A DNA stretch of 64,000 nt. It comes from an uncultured virus (IMG/VR IMGVR_UViG_3300037507_003964). Taxonomy: Duplodnaviria > Heunggongvirae > Uroviricota > Caudoviricetes. Position numbers and translations under genes: made by a program. This document shows, piece by piece, positions 35,014 to 44,915 of the stretch. The DNA lies in IMG/VR virus record IMGVR_UViG_3300037507_003964. One strand, written 5' to 3'. The stretch's first letter is position 1. Each line of letters begins with the position of its first letter. The notes beneath the pieces are model-generated. The model saw nothing but the letters and a program-made list of their open reading frames with translations, was not told the DNA's origin and searched no databases.

Positions 35014-36810
35014 CTATTCGCAGGCTAAGCAAGCATCACCTTCTGCAAGTGCCTTCAAATCTAGTTCTTGAATAACTTCTCGTTCGATCTTCTTAGAGAC
35101 TTTATCTGCTTTTCCGATCTTTTCTGAACGGCAATAGTATAAAGTCTTGAGTCCTTGTTTCCATGCTTGAAAGTGTACAGCGTGAAGATATTTTATGTTA
35201 GCGTCAGGCCTGAAAAAGAGGTTAAGGGATTGTGCTTGGTCAATGTAACTTTGTCGGTGACTTGCGTGCTCCACAATCCAGCGCTGGTCAATCTCCATAG
35301 CCGTTTTGAATACGTCCTTTTCCCAGTCAGATAGTATGTCAAGGTGCTGTACTGATCCGTCGTTAGCAATGATACTTGACCAGATATCTTGATAATCCAA
35401 TCGTTTGTCTGCATCACACTTCTCCTTGATGATTGCGTCTAAGAACTTATTCTTGTTTAGATGAGCACCCGAGAGGGTGTCCTGTCGATAAGCATTAGCA
35501 CGATAGGGCTCAATTGAAGGACTGGTGTTGCCCATGATGATACTAGAAGATGCGTTAGGAGCAATAGCAAGCATGTGGCTAAACCTTTTACCGGTACCAA
35601 CAGCGTCAGGTGCCTCACCTCTCTCCTTTCCAAGTTCGATGTTTGCAACATCTAGACCTTCGCGGATGTGTTTGAACATCCTACGATTCGAACTGATTGC
35701 AAGAGGTGACTCCCAGGGAAGGTTTTTCTTGTGCAAGTATGCATGAAACCCCAAAGCACCGACTCCGATAGAACGCTCTCGCATCGCTGAATACTTTGCC
35801 CTTTGCACAGGTTCGGGGGCATGATCAATAAAGTATTGTAACACATTATCTAGCATTTCTGCAATGTCCCGCAAAAAGTTTTTATCATTTTTCCACTCAT
35901 CAAAGTATTCGAGGTTGACAGATGACAAACAGCAGACAGCAGTACGATCTTTGTCAGTGGGTAGAATGATCTCGCTACATAAGTTTGACTGTTTGATAGA
36001 CAGACCCAACTTTTTTTGAAACTCAGGCATCTGACTATTGCTGGTGTCAATAAAATGTAGATAGGGTTCACCTGTGTGCATACGCATCTCAAGAATACGC
36101 TGCCAAAGCTCCTTAGCAGAAACTTTATCTCGAACTTGACTGTTGTGTGGATCTCTCAGCTCCCATGTATCATCACAGTTAGGATCAAGCATGCACCTTT
36201 CAATGATCTGCATGAAGTTGTCGGTGATGTTTATACCATGATGCAAGTTCAAACAACGCATGTTCTGGTCGCCCGTCGGTTTCCTCATTTCGAGAAAAAT
36301 AAGAATATCAGGATGACTGATATCAAGATAGGCAGCGTAAGAACCTCTCCGAGTCCTGCCTTGCCTGTACGCCAACGAAGATGCATCATATGTCCTAAGA
36401 TGAGGCATAACCCCAACTGACTTATCGTCAGCAGAACGAATTCCAATTCCGATACCAATACCGCCTCCTAACATTGAGAGCCAATTTACTTCCGCCAAAC
36501 AATCGACCAGACCCTCTGCACTATCGTGTAGATAAGGGAGAAAGCATGATATAGGAAGGCCGCGACTGCTACGCCCAAAACTGAGAATGGGAGTAGAATA
36601 ACTGAGCCAATGACGACTGCTGTACTCATATAACCTTTGAGCATGTTCCTGCGAGGAAGAGAATACTTTTGAGACATAAGCAAACCTTTCTTGTGGTGAG
36701 TTTTCATCATCACGCATGTAAGATTCACGGAGCCTTTTTAACCCTAGGTCATCAAAAAGGGAATCTCTTGAAAAGTCTACAGCAACCCGATGCACAATAT
36801 TTGTACCCAT
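35014..36810 (-). CDS. nrdA: Ribonucleotide reductase class Ia alpha subunit (no ATP cone)
   Basis: PISCF, SNLCSEI, AIAPNASSS, KTLYY, C-terminal CLACE. Confidence 0.96.
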   Translation of the reverse strand: MGTNIVHRVAVDFSRDSLFDDLGLKRLRESYMRDDENSPQERFAYVSKVFSSSQEHAQRLYEYSSRHWLSYSTPILSFGRSSRGLPISCFLPYLHDSAEGLVDCLAEVNWLSMLGGGIGIGIGIRSADDKSVGVMPHLRTYDASSLAYRQGRTRRGSYAAYLDISHPDILIFLEMRKPTGDQNMRCLNLHHGINITDNFMQIIERCMLDPNCDDTWELRDPHNSQVRDKVSAKELWQRILEMRMHTGEPYLHFIDTSNSQMPEFQKKLGLSIKQSNLCSEIILPTDKDRTAVCCLSSVNLEYFDEWKNDKNFLRDIAEMLDNVLQYFIDHAPEPVQRAKYSAMRERSIGVGALGFHAYLHKKNLPWESPLAISSNRRMFKHIREGLDVANIELGKERGEAPDAVGTGKRFSHMLAIAPNASSSIIMGNTSPSIEPYRANAYRQDTLSGAHLNKNKFLDAIIKEKCDADKRLDYQDIWSSIIANDGSVQHLDILSDWEKDVFKTAMEIDQRWIVEHASHRQSYIDQAQSLNLFFRPDANIKYLHAVHFQAWKQGLKTLYYCRSEKIGKADKVSKKIEREVIQELDLKALAEGDACLACE

Positions 36811-36821
36811 ACGAATCCCTA

Positions 36822-37193
36822 TTACTTTGTTAAAATTGTTTTAATATCTGGAGGTGAATATGTATCGGGTTTCAAAACCTTGCCATCTTCTCGTTTGATT
36901 AGCTTGCCATTGATACACTTAGACATGTTTGATCTTGCGACTTCATCCCAAACTTTCTGCAATGGGATACCCAATGAGTGGCACAAACCTTCAATAACCC
37001 AAATGAGATCTGCACAAGCATCTGCTGTTTCAACCATATCAAATTTTCTTATCGCCATTGCCAGCTCAAAAAATTCTTCTTTGATTAAATCGTGATACAT
37101 CATAGCTTGCTGCGTGAAGGTACCCTGTAATTCATCGCTTACAGTGTGTTCAGCTGCAATCATAAAGTTTTTTACATCATCTCTTGTATTCAT
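36822..37193 (-). CDS. All-alpha NTP pyrophosphohydrolase (MazG-like superfamily)
   Basis: LIKEEFFEL, ETADACAD, EVARSNMSK, DGKVLKP. Confidence 0.85.
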   Translation of the reverse strand: MNTRDDVKNFMIAAEHTVSDELQGTFTQQAMMYHDLIKEEFFELAMAIRKFDMVETADACADLIWVIEGLCHSLGIPLQKVWDEVARSNMSKCINGKLIKREDGKVLKPDTYSPPDIKTILTK

Positions 37194-37876
37194 TATTGCT
37201 CCACAAAGGTTTGCATTAGGGGAAAGATACCTGCAATGACCTTCGCACATTCTTTTGCAATGTCTGCATGTTCTTTCTGTGTCCCATTGCCGCTTCTAAG
37301 TTCAATGTAATGTACCCATGATCGTAATGTGCCATTCATATACAGGCGAGAGATAGTATTGCCTTCAGGCAGAACAGCCCTCGCCTGTTCTTTTGCTATT
37401 CCCTTTGATACTGCCCATTCATATACATTCTTGGCTTCAGTAATAACTCTAGTTTGCATCTGCTCCCATTGGTAAGCGATCTGCCTGTTTTTGTCGTCTG
37501 TCAAATCAAGAGAGACAGAGTTCTGTCTGTTCTTGTTGTCTTGATATCTTGCTTCTCGTAAAATGAAATCCAATTCCTTGGTGGGGTCCGCATACCGTTG
37601 ACTGAATTCCTGAAAGCTAAAACTTCTATGGCGAAGAATTTGTCTAGCGATATCTCGGGTAGTTTCAATCTCGAGACAGGCGGAGACCATTTCAAGGGGG
37701 CTCCAGTGCTTGTGTTTGACAAGGTAATGAATAAGTTTCTCAGACGTTTCGGTGTTAAACTGGTTTGAAGGATTGGACACACGGGCACAATACGCAATGA
37801 GTTCCTGTATGGCATAGAGACCTTCCTTCTGAATATCTGCTGAGGGCTTTGAATAACTAACTAATGTAACTTTCAT
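37193..37876 (-). CDS. thyX: Flavin-dependent thymidylate synthase
   Basis: HWSPLEM, RHRSFSFQEFSQRY ThyX motif. Confidence 0.95.
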   Translation of the reverse strand: MKVTLVSYSKPSADIQKEGLYAIQELIAYCARVSNPSNQFNTETSEKLIHYLVKHKHWSPLEMVSACLEIETTRDIARQILRHRSFSFQEFSQRYADPTKELDFILREARYQDNKNRQNSVSLDLTDDKNRQIAYQWEQMQTRVITEAKNVYEWAVSKGIAKEQARAVLPEGNTISRLYMNGTLRSWVHYIELRSGNGTQKEHADIAKECAKVIAGIFPLMQTFVEQ

Positions 37877-37877
37877 G

Positions 37878-38132
37878 TCACTCCCACTTATCGGTTTGCT
37901 CAAAACTAAGTTCTTGAATGGTTTTATCTTTAAATACTTTTCGAGGATTGCCACACATATGACACTTTGGATTACCACAGTTCATCACATGATGCTTGTG
38001 GTACCTATGAGGTTCCGTTATGTAAGTGTCGGGAGTGTGGTTTGTCTTTGCTATTTGTATTTGTCGTTTGATTGCTGCTTGTTCTTGGTGAAGTCGTCTC
38101 GACCTCCTCTCTTTAGTTTCTTCGTCGCTCAT
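37878..38132 (-). CDS. Small His/Cys-rich hypothetical protein
   Basis: HKHHVMNCGNPKCHMCGNPR. Confidence 0.65.
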   Translation of the reverse strand: MSDEETKERRSRRLHQEQAAIKRQIQIAKTNHTPDTYITEPHRYHKHHVMNCGNPKCHMCGNPRKVFKDKTIQELSFEQTDKWE

Positions 38133-39154
38133 TAGCACCTCTTCCAAGTAAAGAAGTTTGCCTTTGCCTGCAAATCTGCACAGGCGTTCTTGTCTATAAT
38201 CGACTTAACTTGTGCTTTTGTTTTTCCTGCAAGTATGAGATCGTTAATGTCTTTCTCTTTTTGACTCTGAGGCCAGATCACAATCCGATAACCTTTTGCA
38301 ATCAGATCATTATATACCTTACATACTTCCTTGTTGCGAGGTTGATTGTCAACTATGACTGTCATGTCCTCTTTCTTGAAAGGTAGGAGTTCAAGTTTAT
38401 TGAATCCTGTACCTGATACTGCAATGCAATTATCTATAAACAAACTATCGATGGGGCCTTCTACCACATAGATATGCTTTGACTCATCAACTACATCCAT
38501 ACCAAACACTAGCAACTCGTCGCTTTTGATTTTGACTGTTATATATCGGAGCTGCTCATCTCCAAGTGCACGACAAGTCATTCCCGATAGCTGTAGATCC
38601 TTCGTGTAGAAAGGTAGCACCAGTCGAGGCTCTTCTGACTTGATTCGATCCTTCATCTTCTCAGAGATCTGCTCTATGTTCTTGATGTTGTCAATGAAGA
38701 ATAGTCGAGGCAGAACATCATCAGGAATCTTTCGCTTTGCACAAAACTGCCGGGCGATATGATCCTCAGGCAGTTCACTCACACGATCTAGCAAAGAATC
38801 AAGAATGGTTTTCTCTGTTTTGACTACAGGCTCTGTGAACTTGAACTGAGGATCCTTATGTGCCTTGTTAGGAGCAGCACCTGTTGCATATCTTTCTAGA
38901 GCATACTGTGCATACAGTCCTTGATCGGTTTGCTTTAGAAAGGTCCCAAAGTGGATGGATACACTACAGTTGTGACACTTCATGAACATGTCACCTTTCA
39001 TTCTAAAGAAGTACCCTCGCGCTTTATGTTTCTTTGATGCCGAGTCTCCGCAGATCGTACAACGAAAGTTAAAAAGGTAATCAGACTTCCTCTTGAACAA
39101 CGGAAGTCGATTTGCAATAAGATTGATATACTTTAGATCAATGTACAGCGACAT
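38132..39154 (-). CDS. gp61: DNA primase gp61
   Basis: NFRCTICGDS..KARG, KCHNC Zn finger, VEGPIDS, DNQPRN, KDIND. Confidence 0.95.
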   Translation of the reverse strand: MSLYIDLKYINLIANRLPLFKRKSDYLFNFRCTICGDSASKKHKARGYFFRMKGDMFMKCHNCSVSIHFGTFLKQTDQGLYAQYALERYATGAAPNKAHKDPQFKFTEPVVKTEKTILDSLLDRVSELPEDHIARQFCAKRKIPDDVLPRLFFIDNIKNIEQISEKMKDRIKSEEPRLVLPFYTKDLQLSGMTCRALGDEQLRYITVKIKSDELLVFGMDVVDESKHIYVVEGPIDSLFIDNCIAVSGTGFNKLELLPFKKEDMTVIVDNQPRNKEVCKVYNDLIAKGYRIVIWPQSQKEKDINDLILAGKTKAQVKSIIDKNACADLQAKANFFTWKRC

Positions 39155-39205
39155 GATAGGCCTCCTTGAAACCTATCATATAACATAATCAAGATGAATG
39201 CAATG

Positions 39206-39529
39206 CTACTTTTTCTTGGCTGTTGCTTTTTTCTTAGTAGGAGCACGCTTTTTCTTAGGTTCAGGAGCAACTTCTACAGTAGGTGCTTGAACAGTGACAG
39301 TAACTTCAGGTGCAGGCTCTTTAGTTTCTAACTTAACTTCTTGCTTAACGGGAAACTCTGCAGGGGGAAGAGGTGCGGGTTCTGGTTTTTTGACTTCCTC
39401 TGGTCGAATGAACATAGGAGTCACAATGATATCCGGCTGCTTTACAGGCTCTGGTGCAGGAGCAACAGGTGCAGATTCAATTTTGGGTCTACCGAAAAAG
39501 TAGTTACTTAATTTTTGCAAGAAGTTCAT
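39206..39529 (-). CDS. Pro/Lys-rich hypothetical protein
   Basis: Low-complexity 107-aa ORF. Confidence 0.6.
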   Translation of the reverse strand: MNFLQKLSNYFFGRPKIESAPVAPAPEPVKQPDIIVTPMFIRPEEVKKPEPAPLPPAEFPVKQEVKLETKEPAPEVTVTVQAPTVEVAPEPKKKRAPTKKKATAKKK

Positions 39530-40058
39530 TTGGTCTCTTCCTTCTAATCACAGTTGGTTTTCTACGAACCGGCGGGTCATCGGGAGGCAATCCTGCTATT
39601 CCGCCAGTAACAGCAGCATTGTTCGCGGGAGCTCCACCCAAAGCAGCATCCTCTAGGAACTGTTTGAATGTTTTTTGATATTTATCCGTAAGGAACTGCT
39701 CCACAAGAGTTGTGTCATGGGGCTGAGTAAGTGACTCTAGAAACTGCGACTCAAGATCGACAGGTTCTTGTCCTTTCTCATAATTTTCACGAATCAAAGC
39801 TAAAGCCGCTGCAAATGATAGAAACTTTTTATTTTCAATTGGAACTTTTTCAATAATTCTTTTTAACCGAAACACTAAGCGATGTAGGAGTGTATAAGCG
39901 TTACGCTCTTCTGTTGTCCTTAGCTGCGATGTTCTCTTTAATAACTTACCTTTAGCGTCAATAATTCCCAATCTAAAAGCGTCTGTCTTGTCAAAGGGGG
40001 TGACAAGCATTCTTAGGATACGGTAAACTATTGCAGCGTCTATAAATCTGTTAGGCAT
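39504..40058 (-). CDS. Conserved T4-like late hypothetical protein
   Basis: YRILRMLVTPF..TDAFRLGIIDAKG; internal KTFKQFLE. Confidence 0.75.
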   Translation of the reverse strand: MPNRFIDAAIVYRILRMLVTPFDKTDAFRLGIIDAKGKLLKRTSQLRTTEERNAYTLLHRLVFRLKRIIEKVPIENKKFLSFAAALALIRENYEKGQEPVDLESQFLESLTQPHDTTLVEQFLTDKYQKTFKQFLEDAALGGAPANNAAVTGGIAGLPPDDPPVRRKPTVIRRKRPNELLAKIK

Positions 40059-40441
40059 TATATTCTTCTGAGTGTGTTAGCAATTTCCATATCTATAGGA
40101 ATGTCTGACTCATTGACATTATAATACAGAACTACATTTTCAGGCATGATGTTTAGAAAAACTAAAAAAGTTTTTAGTGATGACCAATAAACTCTATCCA
40201 TTTTATAGAATAACATGTTGACAGATGCTTCAGGACCAAAAAGGTTGTTAATAATGATGATGTGATTAAGAATCAATCTATCTTTGAGACCCTTGCCTGC
40301 ATTATATCTACCCAGCAAGCGCTTAAGATACTTGAACCTTTTCATATCCTCATAAAACTCAGACAGTCCCTTACACCCTGAGTTGTCATAGTGTTTTATA
40401 GCATACATTAAAAAAGTATCTTCAGTCAAGTCAAAAGCCAT
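40058..40441 (-). CDS. Conserved T4-like hypothetical protein
   Basis: FLMYAIKHYDN...EFYEDMKRFKYLKRLL...RLILNHII. Confidence 0.78.
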   Translation of the reverse strand: MAFDLTEDTFLMYAIKHYDNSGCKGLSEFYEDMKRFKYLKRLLGRYNAGKGLKDRLILNHIIIINNLFGPEASVNMLFYKMDRVYWSSLKTFLVFLNIMPENVVLYYNVNESDIPIDMEIANTLRRI

Positions 40442-40442
40442 T

Positions 40443-40712
40443 TTACCAAGTGCTAATAGCTACCCTCTTCCATACATTAGCAGAACCTGTGTAATCTGCA
40501 GTGCATATGTAGATGTAGTTAGTGTCAAATGCAATCATACCTTTCTTATCACCTGCTGCACCAACACTAGCGGCAGGCGCTGTTTTCACCTGCGTTATTG
40601 CTGCAGTTAAATTGCCTGCAGTAATCTTTCTGCTGTTTCCTCCAGAAACTACATAGAGTAGATCGGAAGAAACAACAGAATTTGTTGCAGTTTGTTCAGT
40701 TAACTTGGGCAT
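40443..40712 (-). CDS. Small virion structural protein (fiber/decoration-like)
   Basis: G..GMIAFDTNYIYIC...WKRVAISTW motif seen in fiber proteins. Confidence 0.6.
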   Translation of the reverse strand: MPKLTEQTATNSVVSSDLLYVVSGGNSRKITAGNLTAAITQVKTAPAASVGAAGDKKGMIAFDTNYIYICTADYTGSANVWKRVAISTW

Positions 40713-40714
40713 CT

Positions 40715-41290
40715 TTAGGCAGCGTTATCACGCACATCAGCGTCGTCGCTAGCGTCAATCTGCAGATTACCTGTAGTTGGTGACAATGAAAGATTAGCAG
40801 TGTCATCACGGTTAAAGTTCTTGGACATTGCAACCAATGTCTCTGTCTTAACACGGCGTGCACCGAAACCATCAGTGTAGACAATCTGATGCATCCAACC
40901 TGGCTGGTTGATGTTGTTTGCCTTGTTCATCGTGTTAGCAGCTTCGTTGCTGTCCACACCATAAATCTTCTGAATGGTGTAGGCATTGCCTCTTACATTC
41001 TCAACCACATTGATCACTTTAGGACCTTGCTGAACATTGGCTTTTCCATTTGCTGTGGAACCGCCGTAAGCAGTCGTAAGGTTCAATGCAACATTTGAAA
41101 TAACATTCTGTACATAGTACTTAACTGTACTATTGCCGGTAACAGCTCCGAAAACAAAGTAGTCGCCAGGTTTAACTTCATTCAAGAAAATAGTGGCGTT
41201 ACCTGTTGAATTAGCAACAGCTCTGCTACCACTGGTAACAAGAACATTTGCTGTTATTTGTTTTGAGTCTAATTTGCCCCAACCTGACAT
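40715..41290 (-). CDS. Probable virion structural protein
   Basis: MSGWGK, YGVD..EA, PGW, RVKTETLVAM motifs. Confidence 0.65.
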   Translation of the reverse strand: MSGWGKLDSKQITANVLVTSGSRAVANSTGNATIFLNEVKPGDYFVFGAVTGNSTVKYYVQNVISNVALNLTTAYGGSTANGKANVQQGPKVINVVENVRGNAYTIQKIYGVDSNEAANTMNKANNINQPGWMHQIVYTDGFGARRVKTETLVAMSKNFNRDDTANLSLSPTTGNLQIDASDDADVRDNAA

Positions 41291-41321
41291 TTCTGTCTCC
41301 TTGTCTTAATATTCTGATAGC

Positions 41322-42383
41322 TTACGCTTCGTTAGTATCTTCAGGGGCTGCTTTGCCCATGTTTTGAGTAACTTTCTGATTGCCTTTGTAAGTTACCTTA
41401 CGGCGAAGACCTGTGCCTTTATCCACATAGACATAGTATGGTTGACCTTTATAGTCCTTTCCCATATCTTCAATCCTGTGTCCTGCCTTACGAAGTCTCT
41501 GAACAGTGTCGTTCATATCAGAGAGAGCTTCAGCCTCTGCAATGAAGGCAAGATCATTGTTTCTGAAGGCATCTTCCATCTCGCTGATTATATATTGCTG
41601 ATCTTCTTCTGAAAGTTCAGAGAATGAATTGCATTCAGCAATAGTTAGGGCAGCTTTGATAAAGTCTTGGTAAGAAGGATGTTCAGGCAGTGCAAAGTTT
41701 AGATTTTCGATAAGCTCAAAATCTTCATTCTTCTTCTTATCTTCAGTTGGCTTAGGTGCAGTTGGTGTAGGTTTAGGTGCAGGTGGAGCTTCTCTACGCC
41801 CACCGAGATCCAGGTAAGATGAACCGCGGGTAGAACCGTATCTACCAATACGCTGCATTGCACTGTAGGGTCTGCCTTCAGACACAGTTTCATCTTCTTC
41901 CTTCACACCCGCCTCATCAACCTGTTCAGCTTCTTCTTTCTTTAAACCACCACGAGCTTCGGCGGATTTTAGCATATCGATACGGTCACGATAACCTGCA
42001 ATACCTGGCTTAATATCTTTAGCAGCGGCTTTCTCGCCTGCTGTAGGATTAGGAATATGTTTCATTGTAGTTTTAGCTTGGCGTGATTGGTATTGTCTGT
42101 CTTTACGATCAGCATCTAAGTCGCTCATAGCGCCTTCCGCCACACCTTGCTCACCTAAAATATCTTTTAGTTTTGCAATATCCTCATCTGAAAGAGAGGA
42201 TTCGTTCTTTGAAGATGCGATAGCTGCACTGATTGCTTTTCTACGCTTGTGCAGATACTTGTCTGTAGTGTCCACATCGCGGTCATTATCAATGTCTTTA
42301 TCTTCCTGACCGACAGGATCCAGCTTAACAGCTGCTTCTTGCGTGAGCACTTTGCGTGCTTCTTCGAATAATTGTCTGCTCAT
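41322..42383 (-). CDS. Modular late protein, probably capsid-internal
   Basis: LDPVGQEDKDIDND.DVD..DKYL..RRKAI module; QGVAE, VDE, VSE junctions. Confidence 0.65.
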   Translation of the reverse strand: MSRQLFEEARKVLTQEAAVKLDPVGQEDKDIDNDRDVDTTDKYLHKRRKAISAAIASSKNESSLSDEDIAKLKDILGEQGVAEGAMSDLDADRKDRQYQSRQAKTTMKHIPNPTAGEKAAAKDIKPGIAGYRDRIDMLKSAEARGGLKKEEAEQVDEAGVKEEDETVSEGRPYSAMQRIGRYGSTRGSSYLDLGGRREAPPAPKPTPTAPKPTEDKKKNEDFELIENLNFALPEHPSYQDFIKAALTIAECNSFSELSEEDQQYIISEMEDAFRNNDLAFIAEAEALSDMNDTVQRLRKAGHRIEDMGKDYKGQPYYVYVDKGTGLRRKVTYKGNQKVTQNMGKAAPEDTNEA

Positions 42384-42398
42384 ATATTCCTCTATGTG

Positions 42399-43301
42399 TT
42401 AGCAATTCCAGCGGCGTAGAGCCTTGTTGATTGGGGAGTCAGGATCTCTTGAATTTTTTGCACTTGTAAGGCGACTCTTCATACCTTTCATTCTGCGGCA
42501 AAATGATAATCTTCTTTTTGCTCTTTTCCCTTTGGGATTCTTTTCAGTAACAGCAGTTTGTAAGTTTGAACCTGGGTTCTCACGGCGATATGCCTTAACT
42601 GCAGCGGGACTCAATCCATCTGTTTTATCCTGACGATTGACTTTTTGCCAATCTTCATCAACCTTTGCTTCTGTCATTTCAGAAGTCATATAGTTAGCAA
42701 CGGTTGAGATGTAATCTTCTGCAAGGGTGATTTTGGATTGAACCCATTCTGGTAGATTGTCAGCATCATCAAGCATATCATGCACCCTCTTAGCGTTTGC
42801 TATGATAGAGCGCAAATCAGATTTAGCCATATCACCTTCACGGTCATATTCACCTTCATCGTACTTGTCTTTAACTGCTTCTGTTTGCTGTTTACGCTTT
42901 TTCCAATATGAGTCTGGCTTGATAGGCGACTTGCCTTTTATTGGAGGGGTTCCTTGCTTAAATCGTTTGAGTGCCTTTTCATACTCAGGATCATCTGATT
43001 TAGCTTCCGCCACACCCTGCTTCTTGAGAATAGCAAGGGCGTCTTTTTCCATCTGCTTTACGGTAATAGATTTACCTGGTGCTTCCTTACCTGTGAAATA
43101 ATCAGAACCTTTTTTATCTCTTGAACCATAGGTGCTGTGACTTACTTTGCCATCACGACCTGGTTGTGGTGCCGACTTATCCATTTCATCTAATGTTTCT
43201 TCTTTAACACAAGAACCTTTAGAGTAAGCTGTCTTTCCTGGCGCAGGTTTATACCCGGGCCAGCATCTTTCTTGTAAATAATCTTTGAATGTTAAAGGCA
43301 T
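42399..43301 (-). CDS. Modular late protein, probably capsid-internal
   Basis: MPLTFKDYLQE leader; CWPGY..SCVKE, EGDMAKSDL..LPEWVQSKITLA, SFCRRM..ALRRWNC modules; CATAAATA at 43320-27. Confidence 0.7.
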   Translation of the reverse strand: MPLTFKDYLQERCWPGYKPAPGKTAYSKGSCVKEETLDEMDKSAPQPGRDGKVSHSTYGSRDKKGSDYFTGKEAPGKSITVKQMEKDALAILKKQGVAEAKSDDPEYEKALKRFKQGTPPIKGKSPIKPDSYWKKRKQQTEAVKDKYDEGEYDREGDMAKSDLRSIIANAKRVHDMLDDADNLPEWVQSKITLAEDYISTVANYMTSEMTEAKVDEDWQKVNRQDKTDGLSPAAVKAYRRENPGSNLQTAVTEKNPKGKRAKRRLSFCRRMKGMKSRLTSAKNSRDPDSPINKALRRWNC

Positions 43302-43327
43302 AAAAACTCCAATAAGTATTATTTATG

Positions 43328-44476
43328 TTATCTTGATTTTAATCTTTGTTGTTGGAGTTTGCGAACTTTTGTCATTAGCTTTTGAGCGAGGATGGTTTGA
43401 ATACCCATCTTTTGTAATTGCGCGAGTCTTTGTTCGAGCATATCTTTTTCTTGTGGAGACAGATCTTCTCTGTTTCTACCTTTCAAGAATCTCCGAGATA
43501 GCAATCTCCTTGCCGCCATCTTAGCTCTGTTTTCCAGCTGTTGTGTACTCGCAGGTCTGTTAAGTTTAAGTTTTCTTGCTATACCCCTTTTCGTACCTGT
43601 TCTGGCGAAGTCTCTGGCTTTTTTCAAACGGGTAGCAGGAGACAGAGCTTCTTTTACCTCTTCTTCCTCCTCTTCCTCTTCTTCATCAAACAAGTCTACA
43701 AGGTCATCCCCTTGTAAAGTGTTGACCATCTTATCTAGCTCGTCGTCTGAAAGATTTTCTTCTTTTGCTTCTTCGTGAAGATCTTTGTCTGCAGTATGGT
43801 AGGTTTTACCTTTGGTGATGTAAGAGTTGACTCTTGCCATACCCCATTGCTGTGGAGTTGTTCCCGGGCGGTGACCTGTACGCCAAGCAGCCATACCTCT
43901 AGCATAGACTTTTCTTAGTGTACCTATAGATATTCCTGACTTGGCTGCTTTTGCAGCGAGGCCTTTATCAGCAGCTTCATCAATCTGTACAAACTCTTCT
44001 GCTTGTACATCCTTGACACGCTCAAGCCCTTTATTTCTGCGAGCTAACAGATTTTTTGCTATGTCTTTATACTCGCCGCTTTCAGCTTCGGGTTCTAACT
44101 GTTTGACCTCAGCTTCAGCTTTTTTCTTGTAAAGCTGCTTTGCTTTCATGCTTATCTCATCAAGCTGGTAAGATTCCTCAACCTCTCCCGTTGCTGATTT
44201 CGGAGCATGTGTGAAAGGTAAATCAGCAAAAGTAGAATCATCATGTCTTGCTAACTTTGCCATTATCTGAACATGTGACTGCATGTATGCTGCGTGGTTA
44301 TCAATATCATCCAGCTGTGTCAATGCATCATGCGCCTTTGAGAGATAGAATGTAAAGTCATGGATGTCTTGCTGTGTAGCAAAACCATTTTGCTGAGCGT
44401 GTTTTTCGACACCCAAATAGGCGTCAGTTGCTCTTAGAGCAATGTCAATTAGATCTTGGCGAAGGACTGTATCCAT
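43328..44476 (-). CDS. Modular late protein, probably capsid-internal
   Basis: GLAAKAAKSGIS.GTLRKVYARGMAAWRTGHRPGTTPQQWGMARVNSY module between LDE/IDE sites; acidic linker. Confidence 0.7.
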   Translation of the reverse strand: MDTVLRQDLIDIALRATDAYLGVEKHAQQNGFATQQDIHDFTFYLSKAHDALTQLDDIDNHAAYMQSHVQIMAKLARHDDSTFADLPFTHAPKSATGEVEESYQLDEISMKAKQLYKKKAEAEVKQLEPEAESGEYKDIAKNLLARRNKGLERVKDVQAEEFVQIDEAADKGLAAKAAKSGISIGTLRKVYARGMAAWRTGHRPGTTPQQWGMARVNSYITKGKTYHTADKDLHEEAKEENLSDDELDKMVNTLQGDDLVDLFDEEEEEEEEEVKEALSPATRLKKARDFARTGTKRGIARKLKLNRPASTQQLENRAKMAARRLLSRRFLKGRNREDLSPQEKDMLEQRLAQLQKMGIQTILAQKLMTKVRKLQQQRLKSR

Positions 44477-44477
44477 A

Positions 44478-44915
44478 TTACTTTCCTACTGAGCGTAAAA
44501 ACCACGCATGTTTTTGGTGTGCTTGAATGCGATCTTGAAGGAAGTTAGAAATACCTAACTCTCCGTGATCCTCAGCCATCTTATAACCTGTCATCAGCGT
44601 CGCCAGAACCTTGTTGTTGTCTATAAAGAGGTTCCTTGACATTATAACAGGTGACGGTATAGTCTCATCTTCTACTACATTTGTTAAGTCTTTCAAGCGG
44701 GTTAAAGTACCAGGTGCGAATACATCAAGTGTCCGTATCTGTTCAGCAAGTTCATCAATAGAGCCGAACACTTCTTCATAAATTTCACCAAACATTTGAT
44801 GAAACTCATAAAAGTCAGGTCCTTCTACATTCCAATGATAGTTATGTGCTTTCAAGTAGAATGCAAATGAATCTGCTAAACATACCTTTAGTTGATTTGC
44901 CAATTCTTCTTTCAT
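44478..44915 (-). CDS. dps: Dps / ferritin-like protein
   Basis: KAHNYHWNVEG..F..FH..F...YEE....IDELAEQIR, KHAWFL. Confidence 0.92.
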   Translation of the reverse strand: MKEELANQLKVCLADSFAFYLKAHNYHWNVEGPDFYEFHQMFGEIYEEVFGSIDELAEQIRTLDVFAPGTLTRLKDLTNVVEDETIPSPVIMSRNLFIDNNKVLATLMTGYKMAEDHGELGISNFLQDRIQAHQKHAWFLRSVGK

